Notes under the pieces: generated by a model
Seen by the model: only the letters and a program-made list of their open reading frames with translations
Told to the model about the DNA's origin: nothing
Databases searched by the model: none
Origin: the human T2T-CHM13v2.0 reference genome, Homo sapiens
Reading direction: 5' to 3' (one strand)
Assembly (NCBI RefSeq): GCF_009914755.1
Contig: NC_060936.1
Length of the DNA stretch: 64,000 bases
Shown here: one piece after another, positions 1 to 20,402 of the stretch
How positions within the stretch are numbered: the first letter of the stretch is position 1
Layout of the letters: the number at the start of each line of letters is the position of its first letter
Made by a program: the position numbers and the translations under genes

Positions 1-294
1 TGACTCAGTTTTCATTTTGCTTGCCATTTCTTTTAGTTGTTTCCTTTTCACTTGTCAGGCTTACAACGTTATTTATTTGTTTGAGCTACCTGAATAGTAT
101 GTGGTAGACTCCCACACTGACCCTGTAGATTTACCTTGTCTTTCATTTCCATCAAGCGGATTTCTATAATATTCAACTCCCTGTTCAGATGTTTGAAATA
201 TTTGACAGTTCCTTAAAACTTAGGTAAAAGGGAATGCATTTTTAGTCTCAAGAATAATCTGAGAGGTTGGCTGCATAAACGTAACATGATAGAG

Positions 295-455
295 AGTTTA
301 CGCCTCTGCCATTTACTCTCTGTGTGATTTAAGTCCATTGACCTCTGTGGGCCTCACTTTCCTCATTTGAGAGATGGGGATAATAAGAAAAATACATAAT
401 AAGGTTGCTGTAAAACAAATTTATTAATATGTGTAAAATGCTTAGAATGGCATTT
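295..455 (+). mobile_element. MIR SINE fragment
   Basis: MIR core-like: gcctctgccatttact...tgtgtgat...gggcctcactttcctcatttgagagatggggataataag...gtaaaatgcttagaat. Confidence 0.7.
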
Positions 456-547
456 ACTAATATTGGTCACTTATCCACCTCTTCTGACAAAATTATCTAC
501 CCTTTATTGAAATTATAGAGCTGCTACTGAAAAAAATGGCTAATATT

Positions 548-1438
548 CAGAAATGGATTTGCCATGAATATAATAAAACTTAATCTTTAGGATCCCTTGC
601 TTATATAGGTCTCTTACAAGTTATGCATTTTTGGTCACATTTTAAGAAGTAGTATAAGAACTGCAATCATTTGAGACTGTTGCTTCCCTGTATGACTTGC
701 CTTTCCATCATACTTCTCCTAGTAAAATTCCTGTGGATTGGCCACAGGCATTATTCGGATCCAGTGAAGGTAAAGTTGAGTTTGAGAGATATGTATTTTG
801 GGTTTAGAAGAATGTAGTTAAATGGTTCATGGAAACTTTGGTGTACAGCTAAAGAATTGTGAGCTGTCCCAGTTATTAATAGCTTTCAGGAATACTTCTG
901 CTTACTGTGCAAATCTACCAAGGCATTATGACAGGGCTAGAAATTGTACTGAAATGTGCATTTGTCCTATGGCTCTCAGCGCCAAAATATGTGTGTAGTA
1001 AAGGAAATACAAGTTTGAAGTGTGTGAGGCCAGAAACTAGTTTGTGGGAAATTCTTCTAATCATAAAACCTATAGAATCATATGGGGAAATTTTGTATCT
1101 TATCAATACCTTGTTAAAACTATGGATATTAACAAAATAGTTTTCATGAATTATCTTATTATTCTTTATAGTAACTATTAAAAGTAATTTATGTGAAAGG
1201 ACCATTAAAGTGTATGTAGCCAAACATGTAGAAACATGTTAGAGTATATCAGGCAATTAATCAACACACAATATATTTTCTAGATTTTGTTTGTGATATT
1301 TGTTGTTTGTGATTTTTCATGTTTAATACAAATAACAGAAATGTATATAATTCTGAATTTGTAATTTTTTATTCTTGTATTTTTCATCATACTCTCCCAA
1401 ATTATATAAATGGCCCCACCAAAACCTGATCCACCCAT
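548..1438 (+). mobile_element. Arthur1/MER69-like hAT-Tip100 DNA transposon fossil
   Basis: Start cagaaatggatttgccatgaatataataaaacttaatctttaggatccc and end ccaaattatataaatggccccaccaaaacctgatccacc resemble MER69/Arthur1 termini; diverged interior. Confidence 0.65.
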
Positions 1439-1817
1439 ACTAACATGTAACCAGTACTTTTACATGCTAGGTGTTTTTAAAGATCTTACAGGTAAATCTC
1501 ACATTTTACAAATGTGAATAACAAGTTTTACAAATGAGGAAACTCCATTCTCAGTCCTTTGTCACAACAGGTCAACACTGAATTATAACCCCCTGAATCT
1601 CTTTCTTTCCTGCCACCCAGCCCTCAATGTAGCTTTTCTTCTCTTCTCTAGCATAACTGCAGATTTTAAAATCTCTATGATATTGTCTTTGTTTTCTCTT
1701 ACATTTTTTTTCCAGCCACCTGCTACTTTGAGAGATTATTTATAACTTAATCCCTTTTATTTAAATCTCTGATTCCTGTTTTAAGCACCACCCAAGCAGT
1801 CATTTACATCTCAGTTC

Positions 1818-1967
1818 CTTGGTTTTCAACCACACAATATGTTAAAATCACCTGGAGAGGTGATTAAAATGTTTTAATACCCTGGTGACACCGCACAGTG
1901 ACTAAGTAAGAATCTCTCACCAAAGCATTAGTAATTTGTAAGAGGGAAGCAAGTTTGAGAACCAATG
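1818..1967. mobile_element. MER5A-like hAT-Charlie MITE
   Basis: TIR-like ends cttggttttcaa ... tttgagaaccaatg; internal aatcacctggagag and agaatctct. Confidence 0.7.
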
Positions 1968-2149
1968 GCTTAGTTGATGAATTCATGTTGTTGATTTAGG
2001 GTGAAAATAGAGAATGTTTCCCTGAGAGAGAAGAAAATGCCCAGAAAGAAAAATATGCTGGTACGGAAGCAAGGCACCTCAGCAAAAGTGCCCTTTGCTT
2101 TGTAACAGCTAGTAGAGAGAATAAAGAATGAAATGTGAATTTTTTCTCT

Positions 2150-2310
2150 TACTGTACCAGATATGTGAACTCAGAGAAGCCATTATATTTTGTGCAATCT
2201 CAAGGTCCTTACTTACAACATGGGTATTGTGTGTACCCTATGGATTGTTGTGAAGATTAGACATAACAAATGTAGGGCAACTGTTGATTAAAATAGACAC
2301 ATTACTATTG
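2150..2310 (+). mobile_element. MIR fragment
   Basis: atatgtgaactcagagaagccatta...ggattgttgtgaagattagacataa resembles MIR core. Confidence 0.5.
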
Positions 2311-2619
2311 TTATTAGCTGTAAAGGTTTATAGCATCTAGGGGTTGCTTCAATGCAATTTTTACTTTTAATTGCATACAGTTGTATAACACTTTCTAATG
2401 GTGGTCATTTTTCTGACAGCTGGACCATTTCTGTCTTTTTCACTGCTAGGATCACAGTCCCCGGCAAACTGCTTGATACAGACTATGAGTTAAAATATTA
2501 CTGAATGAAAAAGAAAATGAATGTGTAATATAGCTTATTTTCAATGGTCCAAAAAAATGGATGATGCTAGGTTTATTTCTTTTGTATTCTCCTGCAATCC
2601 TTTTTTCTCTTACCTGATA

Positions 2620-3350
2620 CATAGTAAATTGATAACAAGAGTTTACTATGTATCTGGTACTGTTCTGAGACTGTTACAAAATCCTATTGTTGTGGCTTCT
2701 TGAGTGCCATAGCTCAGTGAGTGGGAGGGAATGTTACTGCTCTTTCACTCCCACAGTTTGCAAGTTTCAAGTTCTTGTCTCATAACCAAGAGGAGTGAGG
2801 TATGTGGACACCAGAGAGTAAGCAAGGCAGAGTATAATTTTATTTAGCAACAGAAAGAAAGCTCTCAGCAGCAAGTGGGTACCTGTAAGTGGATTGCCAG
2901 TTGTGAGGCTGAGTCGGGAAACGCATGCTGATTGGTTTATAGGTAGGCTTGGAAAAAGCACCATTCAGAAAGAGGTATGATAGTGTAAAGAGCCAATCGG
3001 GGGCTGAAGTGGGGGCTGAAGTGGAGGCTTGGCCCAGGACCAGTCATGGGCTGAGCACACTGAAGGGGAATGGAAGTTCTCACTCGGGTCAGTGGACTCT
3101 ATCTGGAACTGGTAGTTTGGTGTTAAGGCTTCAGTCTGGCCTTGGCTTGAAGGTCAAGTTTCACCAGAGACCAATCCCTGTCTGCCAAGGAAAGTGTCTG
3201 CCTCCTATTGCTATCACTATGATTTAGGTATTATAGTTATTTACATTTTACAGATGAAGAATGTAGAGTTTAAATAACTTGTTCAAGTCACATAGCTGTT
3301 AAGTTATTGAGTGGGATTCGAATTTATGTAAACAGAATTGAGAGCCCTTT
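2620..3350 (-). mobile_element. MIR split by an LTR (pieces ~2620-2687 and 3217-3350)
   Basis: Removing the LTR rejoins tttactatgtatctggtactgttctgag...acaaaatcctat|gatttaggtattat...cattttacagatgaagaa...ttgttcaagtcacatagct, a continuous MIR. Confidence 0.7.
2688..3216 (-). mobile_element. ERV1-class solo LTR (MER61/LTR27/MER52-like group)
   Basis: TG...CA termini, exact 4-bp TSD ctat (2684-2687, 3217-3220); minus strand starts tgatagcaataggaggcagac...ggtgaaac...ccttcaagcc; minus-strand AATAAA near 2840. Confidence 0.8.
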
Positions 3351-4998
3351 CAGTCGTTAACCTTCCTGCTGCAATAATCACTTCACCTGTGTAAAAGCAG
3401 CTGTTACTATGAAGTACTTAAAGTCCTTGAAGGAATCACTGTCTCTTAAAGTTCTAAACATGTTTTATCTTCTAGTCTTCTTGGGAACTACTCATAACTC
3501 ACAGGGGAAACAATATATGGAGTAAAAAGATGTAATATTTACTTTGGGTGGAAAAATCATTTTTGCTTTGGAAAAACAATGCTACTAACTCTTATTTGGC
3601 ATAGACAAAAGCACATGGACTCAATACAGTTTTATTTCTGCTATGTTTAGATATTCTGCTGCTGGAAGTAATGGTAATTTAGACTGTTTTCCTTTTTAGT
3701 TTTATGGCACAGTTTGTTAGAGAGTTAATCGTATTTCACTGTCTTTATATTGGAAGCATTAGATTTTAATTATTAGAAAATGTTCATTACTTCTAAGGTA
3801 TTCACTACACGAGAGCTCATGTAGTGAGGTTTTCCTAATAAGTGATAGAAAAGTATAAATGCCGTGGATTATGCAATGTAATTTCCTTTAAAACTCTTTG
3901 GAAGATAAAAAGTAGGTCACAATAAAACTTCTCTGTGCAATCACAGAATTCAAGACAACAGCAGATGTATTGCTAACCTTTAATTCATAAGGAGAAAAGT
4001 CTCTTCCAAGTCTGAAGTTATTTTCAGATGGATAAGTAAAAAGGTTGATTGTATATTGAATTGTGGATGTTCTTTTTACATTTATAATCATTATAAAATG
4101 ATTTATAAGTCTTCTGTCTCATCTATATTATTTCTGAATTGTATGGATACAGGACAAAGATTGTAGAATTGTAAAAAAAAATTTAAAGTTCATGTATTTG
4201 AATGAAACACAGTTGGAATTTCAGGGAACATTAAGAAAATGGTTGCCCATTCCTAATAATATAAAAATGTTTGTCTAAAATGGACGGTAGACAGTTTTGA
4301 TGATGGACCACTGATCTATTTAAGAATTGGGGAAATAAAATGGCCCATCTCTTTCTCTCCAGCAGCAGATATTCCTCTGCTAATAGTGAAATAAACATTT
4401 CCCATGGAAAAATCTGTCAGAGTAATGTGTCTATAATTGAAGTGAACATTGAGGATATTAAAATGTGCCAATTAAAAAATACACTCATTTACTGAAAAAA
4501 AATTTTGAAAAAGACTTTGAGGTACAATTTCAAGTATAAATCTCAGTTAACAATATTTACTGTGAAATGTTTTGTGTAGAGAATTGCCCCACATGTTTGT
4601 TATATGCAGTAGCTACGTTTTGTGATAGTTAATTTGAAATGCTGAATATATATTTTTATGAATTATGTTTGTGTGACTTGCCAAACAATATGGCTTGCTT
4701 CTCATTTTGCATAGTTTGATTTACTCTAACAAAGAATAATTTATGAATAAATTATAGCAGAAGTATTTATCATTGTGGAAAGTAAGATTTAAATTGAATA
4801 GCCCTTTCCTGAAAATATAATATGGAACTACATCTCCAGAGATGTCCAAACTAGAAGAAATAAACTTAATTTTTTTAAATGGTATGTTTTCTTTGAAGTA
4901 GGAGTAACTGATAGAATAAAATAAGAGAAAAGAACTTGAATCCCTTCAACCAGTTCAGTGTATTGATTTCATTTACTTAGCAAAAATACTTAATATGA

Positions 4999-5410
<412 letters not shown>

Positions 5411-5669
5411 AATATGGTTAATATTTTAAATGATTAATACTAATATACTTAAAAATTACATCTGCTCTTGTCACATGAGTACCACAGCATCATAAGAAAC
5501 AGTTTTAAACTCTGGCTTTTTCATGTACACCCATTTTTTCAAAATACCCATTATTATTTTGGTGGTCTTCTATGCCCAAGTTCACATTACAGTTCTTTAC
5601 ATCTCAACCAAACAAAATACAACACAGATAGCTATGTGTTCACCTTTTACTCATGGGCATAAATGTAGA

Positions 5670-5965
5670 TGATATTTCCCAGCCTCCCTAGAGTTTTGCA
5701 CAATAGAATGTAGGCAAGAGTGATTATATGTCATTTCAAAATCCAACTTCTTAAAGTCTTCTCTACCATATTTAAATATCCTAATCTTTATTCATCATCT
5801 GAATGGAAATACTGGACAAGGTCAGAGCCACAGATGTAAAGAGTATACCTCCTAAATTACATGAAGTACTTGCCAACAAGAATTACTGCATTTAAACAAA
5901 GAATACATTTTTTAAAAAAATATAAAGCTATAAAATTTTCAGATTTCTTATTATAGCAGCTTGCA
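5670..5965 (+). mobile_element. Old MaLR (MLT1-type) LTR fragment
   Basis: atttcccagcctccc...caatagaatgtaggcaagagtga...ttattatagcagc; heavily diverged. Confidence 0.4.
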
Positions 5966-6340
5966 TTGTTTGTCCTATTTAGGAACACCAGTAAGATAAT
6001 CACATTGTCATCTCAACCTTCACCTGTATAATGTAATGTCATTGGAAATTCTAAAATTTCCAAACAGAATTATAATATTCCTTTCCACTCAGTTTTCCTT
6101 TGCAACATTTCTGTTATTCCATTAGTGGCATCGCTATTCTAGAAGTTAGTTTTCAGAAAGAAAATATGATGCAACTTACCCAGTTTGGAATTTTGGTGAG
6201 GTTGAAAACAGGCATATCAACATCTTACCCTAGAAGAATTAATTCTTCTATAGACATTGGATGCATCCACTTGGTATATTTCAATGTATACTATTTGGCC
6301 ACAAAATAAAATTTGTTATAATAAGCATATTTCTATAATT

Positions 6341-6358
6341 ACACACACACACACACAC
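6341..6358. repeat. (CA)n microsatellite
   Basis: acacacacacacacacac. Confidence 0.85.
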
Positions 6359-7607
6359 TTATAAAACTTGAGAACTTGGAAAGTTGAGTACATAATGAAA
6401 TAGCAAGCTACCGTATACTGAAGTATAACACAATTTGAACTTTTTGAGTATTAGTGCATCCTCATCTGAATTTATTAGAATTAGTATGATCATAAAAACT
6501 TTATGGACACCCATTTCTTGGGTTCATGGTGCTTACTACTCAAATAGACACAATTGGGTAGTAAAGTATGTAAGAAAAGCTTCTAATTATGAGAGTCATG
6601 CCATCTCTGCAAATGCAGGTGATGTACATACTTGTTTCTCTCTCCCTACCTCTGTCTCTCTCCCTCTCTCTATCATAATAAAAGACATAGCTGCAGACAT
6701 GCCTTATTACAAAAAAACTGGTAAGTTTCTATCACTGTGGCAGGACTGGCAGCTGGGCTACAATTGATAGAATGCCAAATCCCAGACATGGCATGATTAA
6801 ATCCAGTGTCTAATCATTCTGTTATAGTAAATTCACAAAGCAGTCTGATTACAGATTACAGCATGCCTTGACTTCATGGTGGTACATGTGTTATACATTT
6901 GCTATGAAATTACTAGTGTGAATTTATAACCAAAATGTATTGTTTACAAAAGATTTTTTCCACTCCAAGTTTATTTAAACTGATTTATATATTTCACTAG
7001 TATTGTTGGTAAAATCCATGAAATTAATTGGACTACCCACTACTTTACTGTTAGTGTTTTGTTTTCTTATTTAACTATAATTTATTTTTTTCTGGGTTTT
7101 TCTTTGTTTACTATAAAATTTTTATATATAAGATGCAAAAGTCAGCTGTTTAAAGTTAGAATGTTAACATATAGAACTAATATTAATTTATTTCTTAAAT
7201 ATAAGTATTAGAATTGCTTAATATGCATATATTAACAAGTTTGCAAAAATAGATTCTGTGACTTTAGGCTGTAATAGAAGAAATATTTAGAGTTACAAGT
7301 TATTTTAACATTTTGGCCAAGAAGACATAGAAACATTTTAAGAAAATATATTAAATCGTTTTGTTTCTGCATAGTACATTAATGGGCAATAGAACACATT
7401 TATTAAAGTCTCTTGACAATATGTAATACATTAAATAAATCATTAAAGTTTCATTGTGGATCTACTGTTATTATAATGTGTTTTTTGTTATCAATAGATT
7501 TTCTATAAATATTCTAGCCTATTTTTACATAAGAAAAACTCATCTAAAATTCGAATTGTACTTTTTCCTTGAGGCAGTTTTCCTTCTGTATTTTGTCTTT
7601 GTATTAA

Positions 7608-7962
7608 TACATCACTTTATATGTGAAATGTAAAATAGTCAAACTCATTGAAGCAGAGCATAGTGGGGTGGTTGCCAGGGGTGGGGGTGGGGCAGGGGGG
7701 GCAGAAAATAGAGAGATACTGGTAAAGAGGTAAAAAGTGTCAGTTATACAAGATGAATAAGTTCTGGAGACCTAATGTACAATAATGCAACTATAGTTAA
7801 CAATGCTGTATTATTTAAGTGGAGAGACCTTTAGTATTCTCATCAAAAAATAATTATTTTGCTGTGTGTGTGTGTGTGTGTGTGTGTGTATAGAGTCATC
7901 AAGTTGTACACCTGAAATACATATAAATTTAAATTGTCAATTATACCTTATTAAAGCTGGGG
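7608..7962 (+). mobile_element. Old L1 3' UTR (L1MA8/9-like) containing G-tract and (TG)n 7864-7889
   Basis: aaaatagtcaaactcattgaagcagag...gtggttgccagggg...gatgaataagttctggagacctaatgtac...catcaagttgtacacc...ttattaaagctggg. Confidence 0.8.
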
Positions 7963-8289
7963 AGGGGCAAGTCACCAACCCTGATTAATTGGTAGAAAAT
8001 TGGTACAAATTTTTGTACTTTACTAAGAGTTGATCATGCTAAGAGAACTTGGGGTGCTGTTGATCTGGTAATCTGTCCAACTAGCCAGACACATTTGTGA
8101 ATAGTTTTAAACTCAATAAATATTATGAAATATTTGTTGTGGATGCTTACCACAAATCTTGCCATTTAATTTCTTGGTGGACATTCCATTTCACACAAAG
8201 AAAGTAAAGTATCTCACACCTTACCTTCAAACACATTCTCTCCTCTTCCTACGAATGGTAGCATTTTTGTTTTTTAGAATATTCCACTT

Positions 8290-9285
8290 ATTAAATCATG
8301 AGTTCCAATTTTTTTCCCACCAGTCTTGCCTTTCCTCTCAGTTCATGCATGATATAGCTAAACCTCTACTAAACATCTCCACCTGTATAGACAAATTTAA
8401 CAAACCACAGTTGAGCTTGAAGGCCCCCTCCAAGCCTGCTGCTCCCACACTGATCCCCATCTCAGTAACAGCATCATCAGATACTGTTTTTCAGTCCTAG
8501 AAGTCATCTTTGTGTTCTTGTTCTTTCTTACTTTGCCCACATATTTTGTTAGTTGTCGCTTTAAAATGTATCCATAGTCTGATGACCCCTTTTGTTTCCT
8601 TTATTGTCACTTTTGCCCATATTACTATTTTCTATGATTTGGACCTCTCCACAGACTCCTAAATCATCTTACCTTTTTCTACTTTTGTCCCACGTACAGC
8701 CTTTTTATGCAGCAGCAGCAGCAGCAACAACAAATCATGTTATTTTTCCCCCAGTGAAAAAATTTTCAATGAGTTGACCTAAGTGTTTGGAAATACAGTG
8801 TAACATCCTGATATGTCCTCAAAAATGTACACAATTTGGCCCTTGCCTCTACTCCTACCTCCTACCCGACTCTCCTTTTGCTAACTCTTCTGCAGCCATG
8901 CCAGCCTTCTTGCTGTTTGTTTAAATGTTCAAGTTTAGTCCACCCCAAGGCTTTAACATCTGCATTTTTGTTTTGTCTGTCAGAATATATTGTCTCCAAA
9001 TCTCCACATTGAAAGCTTCCTTGCAAAATTATTTTTTTGTTGAGATATTTCTACTTTATAATGGTCTTTTCTGCTCATCCTGTCAACCAGCACCAGTTGT
9101 TACCTCATCCCTTACAAGGCTTTTCTTAATAGCTATTACCACTACTTAAAGTTATATATTTACTTTGTATTCTGTCTTTTCTACCAGAATTTAACTCTAT
9201 GAGATAGGGTCTCTGTCTTGTTAACTGCAGTATTCTCATTGTCTGGAAAAATTCCAAAACATATTTGCTGAATAAATGATTAAAT
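8290..9285 (+). mobile_element. L2 LINE 3' portion
   Basis: aacatctccacctg, ccccatctcagtaacagcatc, end actctatgagataggg...atatttgctgaataaatga typical of the L2 3' end. Confidence 0.7.
8709..8733. repeat. Short (CAG)5(CAA)3 triplet repeat within L2
   Basis: gcagcagcagcagcagcaacaacaa. Confidence 0.85.
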
Positions 9286-9738
9286 CATATAAAATTTAAC
9301 TTGGTAATGAGCATTTATATAATCTGATTAAAGTACAATTTCTTTTACTGCCTCATTAGCCTTTTGAATAAACATCAGCAAAACACTATGGTATACAGGA
9401 CCAGCTTTTTCACTGTTTCTCTAATTAACCATGTTGACCTACTTCCAGCTCCCCCTCTGACTCGATTACTAACCAGCCTTCTTACACGGGAGAGTTACTT
9501 TGCAGAGCATCATCGATAGCAGTAATTTTTTTTAATTACACTTTAAATTCTAGGGTGCATGTGCACAACGTGTAGGTTTGTTACCTAGGTATACATGTGC
9601 CATGTTGGTTTGCTGCACCCATCAACTCATCATTTACATTAGGTATTTCTCCTAATGCTATCCCTCCCCCAATCCCCCAGCCCCTGACAGGCCCCGGTGT
9701 GTGATGTTCCCTGACCTGTGTCCAAGTGATCTCATTCT

Positions 9739-12700
9739 TCATTTCCCACCTATGAGTGAGAACATGCGGTGTTTGGTTCTCTGATCTTGTGAGAGTTTGC
9801 TGAGAATGATGGTTTCCAGCTTCATCTATGTCCCTACAAAGGACATGAACTTATCCTTTTTTATGGCTGCATAGTATTCCATGGTGTATATGGGCCACAT
9901 GTCTTAATCCAGTCTATCATTGATGGACATTTGGTTCCAAGTCTTTGCTATTGTGAACAGTGCCATAATGAACATATGTGTGCATGTGCCTTTATAGTAG
10001 CATGATTTATAATCCTTAGGGTATATACCCAGTAATGGGATGGCTGGGTCAAATGGTAATTCTAGTTCTAGATCCTTGAGGAATCACCACAGTGTCTTCT
10101 ACGATGGTTGAAATAATTTATACTCCCACCAACAGTGTAAAAGCATTCCTATTTCTCCACATCCTCTGCAGCATCTGTTGTTTCCTGACTTTTTAATGAT
10201 TGCCATTCAAACTGGTGTGAGATGATATCTCATTGTGGTTTTGATTTGCATTTCTCTGATGATCAGTGATGATAAGCATTTTTTCATGTGTCTGTTGGCT
10301 GCATAGATGTCGTCTTTTGAGAAGTGTCTGTTCATATCCTTCACCCACTTTTTCATGGGGTTGTTTTTCTTGTAAATTTGTTTGAGTTCTTTGTAGATTC
10401 TGGATATTAGCCCTTTGTCAGATGGGTAGGTTGCAGAAATTTTCTCCCATTCTGTAGGTTGCCTGTTCACTCTGATGGTAGTTTCTTTTGCTGTGCAGAA
10501 GCTCTTTAGTTTAATTATTTCCCGTTTGTCTATTTTGGCTTTTGTTCCCTTTGCTTTTGGTGTTTTAGTCATGAAGTCTTTGCCCATGCCTATGTCCTGA
10601 ATGGTATTGCCTAGGTTTTCTTCTATGGTTTTCATGGTTTTAGGTCTAACGTTTAAGTCTTTAATCCATCTTGAATTAATTTTTGTATAAGGTGTAAGAG
10701 AGGGATCCAGTTTCAGCTTTCTACATATGGCTAGCCAGTTTTCCCAAAACCATTTATTAAATAGGGAATCCTTTCCCCATTTCTTGTTTTTATCAGGTTC
10801 GTCAAAGATCAGATGGTTGTAGATGTGTGGTGTTACTTCTAAGGCCTCTGTTCTCTTCCACTGGTCTATATCTTTGTTTTGGTACCAGTACCATGCTGTT
10901 TTGGTCACTGTAGCCTTTTAGTATAGTTTGAAGTCAGGCAGTGTGATGCCTCCAGCTTTGTTCTTTTTGCTTAGGAATGTCTTGGCAATGCGGGCTCTTT
11001 TTGGGTTCCATATGAACTTTAAAGTAGTTTTTTCCTGTTCTGTGATGAAAGACATTGGTAGCTTGATGGAGAAGGCATTGAATCTATAAATTACTTTGGG
11101 CAGTATGGCCATTTTGACAATATCAATTCTTCCTATCCATGAGCATGGAATATTATTCCATTTGTTTGTGTCCTCTTTTATTTCATTGAGCAGTGGTTTG
11201 TAGTTCTCCTTGAAGAAGTCCTTCACATCCCTTGTAAGTTGGACTCCTAGGTATTTTATGCTCTTTGTAGCAATTGTGAATGGGAGTTCACTCATGATTT
11301 GGCCCTCTGTCTGTTGATGGTGTATAGGAATGCTTGTGATTTTTGCACATTGATTTTGTATCCTGAGAATTTACTGAAGTTACTTATCAGCATAAGGAGA
11401 TTTTGGGCTGAGATGATGGGGTTTTCTAAATATACAATCATGTCATCTGCAAACAGGGACAATTTGACTTCCTCATTTCCTAATTGAATACCCTTTATTT
11501 CTTTCTCCTGCCTGATTGCCCTGGCCAGAACTTCCAACACTATGTTGAATAGCAGTGATGAGAGGGTGCATCCTTGTATTTTGCTGGTTTTCAAAGGGAA
11601 TGTTTCCAGTTTTTGCCCATGCAGTATGATATTGGCTGTGGGTTTGTCATAAATAACTCTTATTATTTTGAGATACGTTCCATCAATACCTTGTTTATTG
11701 AGACTTTTTAGCATGAAGGGCTGTTGAATTTTGTCGAAGGCATTTTCTGCATCTATTGAGATAATCATGTAGTTTTTGTCATTGGTTCTGTTTATGTGAT
11801 GGATTATGTTTCTTAATTTGCATATGTTGAACCAGTCTTGTATCCCAGCGATAAGCCAACTTGATCATGGTGGATAAACTTTTTAATGTGCTGCTGGATT
11901 CGGTTTGCCAGTATTTTATTGAGGATTTTTGCATCGATGTTCATCAGGGATATTGGTCTAAAATTCCTTTTTTTGGTTGTGTCTCTGCCAGGCTTTGGTA
12001 ACAGGATGATGTTGGCCTCATAATATGAGTAGGGAGGAGTCCCTCTTTTTCTATTGATTGGAATAGTTTCAGAAGGAATGGTACCAGCTCCTCTTTGTAC
12101 CTCTCGTAGAATTCGGCTGTGAATCCATCTGGTCCTGGACTTTTTTTGGTTGGTAGGCTATCAATTTCTGCCTCAATTTCAGAACTTGTTATTGGTCTAT
12201 TCAGGGATCTGACTTCTTTCTAGTTTAGTCTTGGGAGGGTGTATGTATCCAGGAATTCATCCATTTCTTGTAGATTTTCTAGTTTATTTGCGTAGAGGTG
12301 TTTATGGTATTCTCTGATGGTAGTTTGCATTTCTTTGGGATCAGTGGTGATATCCCCTTTATCATTTTTTGTTGCATCTATTTGATTCTTCTGTCTTTTC
12401 TTCTTTATTAATCTTGCTAGCAGTCTATCAATTTTGTTGATCTTTTCAAAAAACCAGCTCCTGGATTCATTGACTTTTTTGAAGGGTTTTTTGTGTCTCT
12501 ATCTTTTTCAGTTCTGCTCTGATCTTAGTTATTTCTTTCCTTCTGCTGGCTTTTGAATTTGCTTGCTCTTGTTTCTCTAGTTCTTTTAATTGTGATGTTA
12601 GGGTGTCGATTTTAGATCTTTCCTGATTTCTCCTGTGGGCATTTAGTGCTATAAATTTCCCTCTACACACTGCTTTAAATGTATCCCAGAGATTCTGATA

Positions 12701-13553
12701 TGTTGTGTCTTTGTTCTCACTGATTTCAAAGAACATCTTTATTTCTGCCTTCATTTCATTAGTTACCCAGTAGTCATTCAGGAGCATGTTGTTCAGTTTC
12801 CATGTAGTTGTGTGGTTTTGAGTGAGTTTCTTAATCCTGAGTTCTAGTTTGATTGCACTGTGGTCTGAGAGACAGTTTGTTGTGATTGCTGTTATTTTAC
12901 ATTTGCTGAGGAGTGCTTTAGTTCCAATTATGTGGTCAATTTTAGGATAAATGCAATGTGGTGCTGAGAAGAATGTATATTCTGTTGATTTGGGGTAGAG
13001 AGTTCTGTAGATGTCTATTAGGTCTGCTTGTTGCAGAGCTGAGTTCAGGTCCTTGGTATCCTTGTTAATCTTCTGTCTCGTTGATCTGTCTAATATTGAC
13101 AGTGGGGTGTAAAAGCCTCCCATTATTATTGTGTCAGAGTCTAAGTCTCCTTGTAGGTCTCTAAGGACTTGCCTTATTAATCTGGGTGCTCCCGTATGGG
13201 GTGCATATATATTTAGGATAGTTAGCTCTTCTTGTTGAATTGATCCCTTTACCATTATGTAATGGCTTTCTTTGTCTCTTTTGATCTTTGTTGGTTTAAA
13301 GTCTGTTTTATCAGAGACTAGGATTGCAATCCCTGCTTTTTTATTTTTTGCTCCGTTTGCTTGGTAGATCTTCCTCCATCCCTTTATTTTGAGCCTATGT
13401 GTGTCTTTGCATGTGAGATGGGTTTCCTGAATACAACACACTGATGGGTCTCAGCTCTTTATCCAATTTGCCAATCTGTGTCTTTTCATTAGGGCATTTA
13501 GCCCATTTACATTTAAGGTCAATATTGTTAACGTGTGAATTTGATCCTGTCAT
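9739..13553 (-). pseudogene. Disrupted L1 ORF2 (endonuclease/reverse transcriptase) of host L1
   Basis: ORF fragments 12467-13441 (EN), 11292-11768 (FADD RT motif), 10918-11295, 10207-10908 separated by stops/frameshifts. Confidence 0.9.
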
Positions 13554-14253
13554 TATGATGTTTGCTGGTTATTTTGACTGTTAATTGATGCAGTTTCTTC
13601 ATAGCATTGATGGTCTTTACAATTTGGCATGTTTTTGCAGTGGCTGGTACCACTTGTTCCTTTCCATGTTTGATGCTTCCTTCAGGAGCTCTTTTAAGGC
13701 AGGCTTGGTGGTGACAAAATCTCTCAGCATTAGCTTGTCTGTAAAGTATTTTATTTCTCCTTCACTTATGAAGCTTAGTTTGGCTGGATATGAAATTCTG
13801 GATTGAAAATTCTTTTCTTTAAGAAGGTTGAATACTGGCCCCCACTCTGTTTTGCCTTGTAGGGTTTCTGCTGAGAGATCAGCTGTTAGTCTGATGGGCA
13901 GCCCTTTGTGACTATCTCGCCCTTTCTCTCTGGCTGCCCTGAACACCTTTTCCTTCATTTTAACCTTGGTGTATCTGACAATTACATGTCTTGTGTGCAC
14001 TTCTTGAGGAGTATTTTTGTGGTGTTTTCTGTATTTCCTGAATTTGATTGTTGGCCTGCCTTGCTATGTTTGGAAAGTTCTCCTGGATAATATCCTGAAG
14101 AGTGTTTTCCAACATGGTTCCATTCTCCCCATCACTTTCAGTTACACCAATCAAATGTAGATTTGGTCTTTTCATATAGTCCCATATTTCTTGGAGGCTT
14201 TGTTTGTTTCTTTTTACTCTTTTTTCTCTAACCTTGTCTACTTGCTTTATTTC

Positions 14254-20402
<6,149 letters not shown>

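Noticed and set aside
907-1223. ORFs in the DNA transposon as a domesticated transposase
   Set aside because: Short, non-ATG starts, no recognisable hAT domain.
8709-8733. PolyQ/polyA-coding CAG repeat
   Set aside because: Only 5 CAG units, inside an L2, no exon context.
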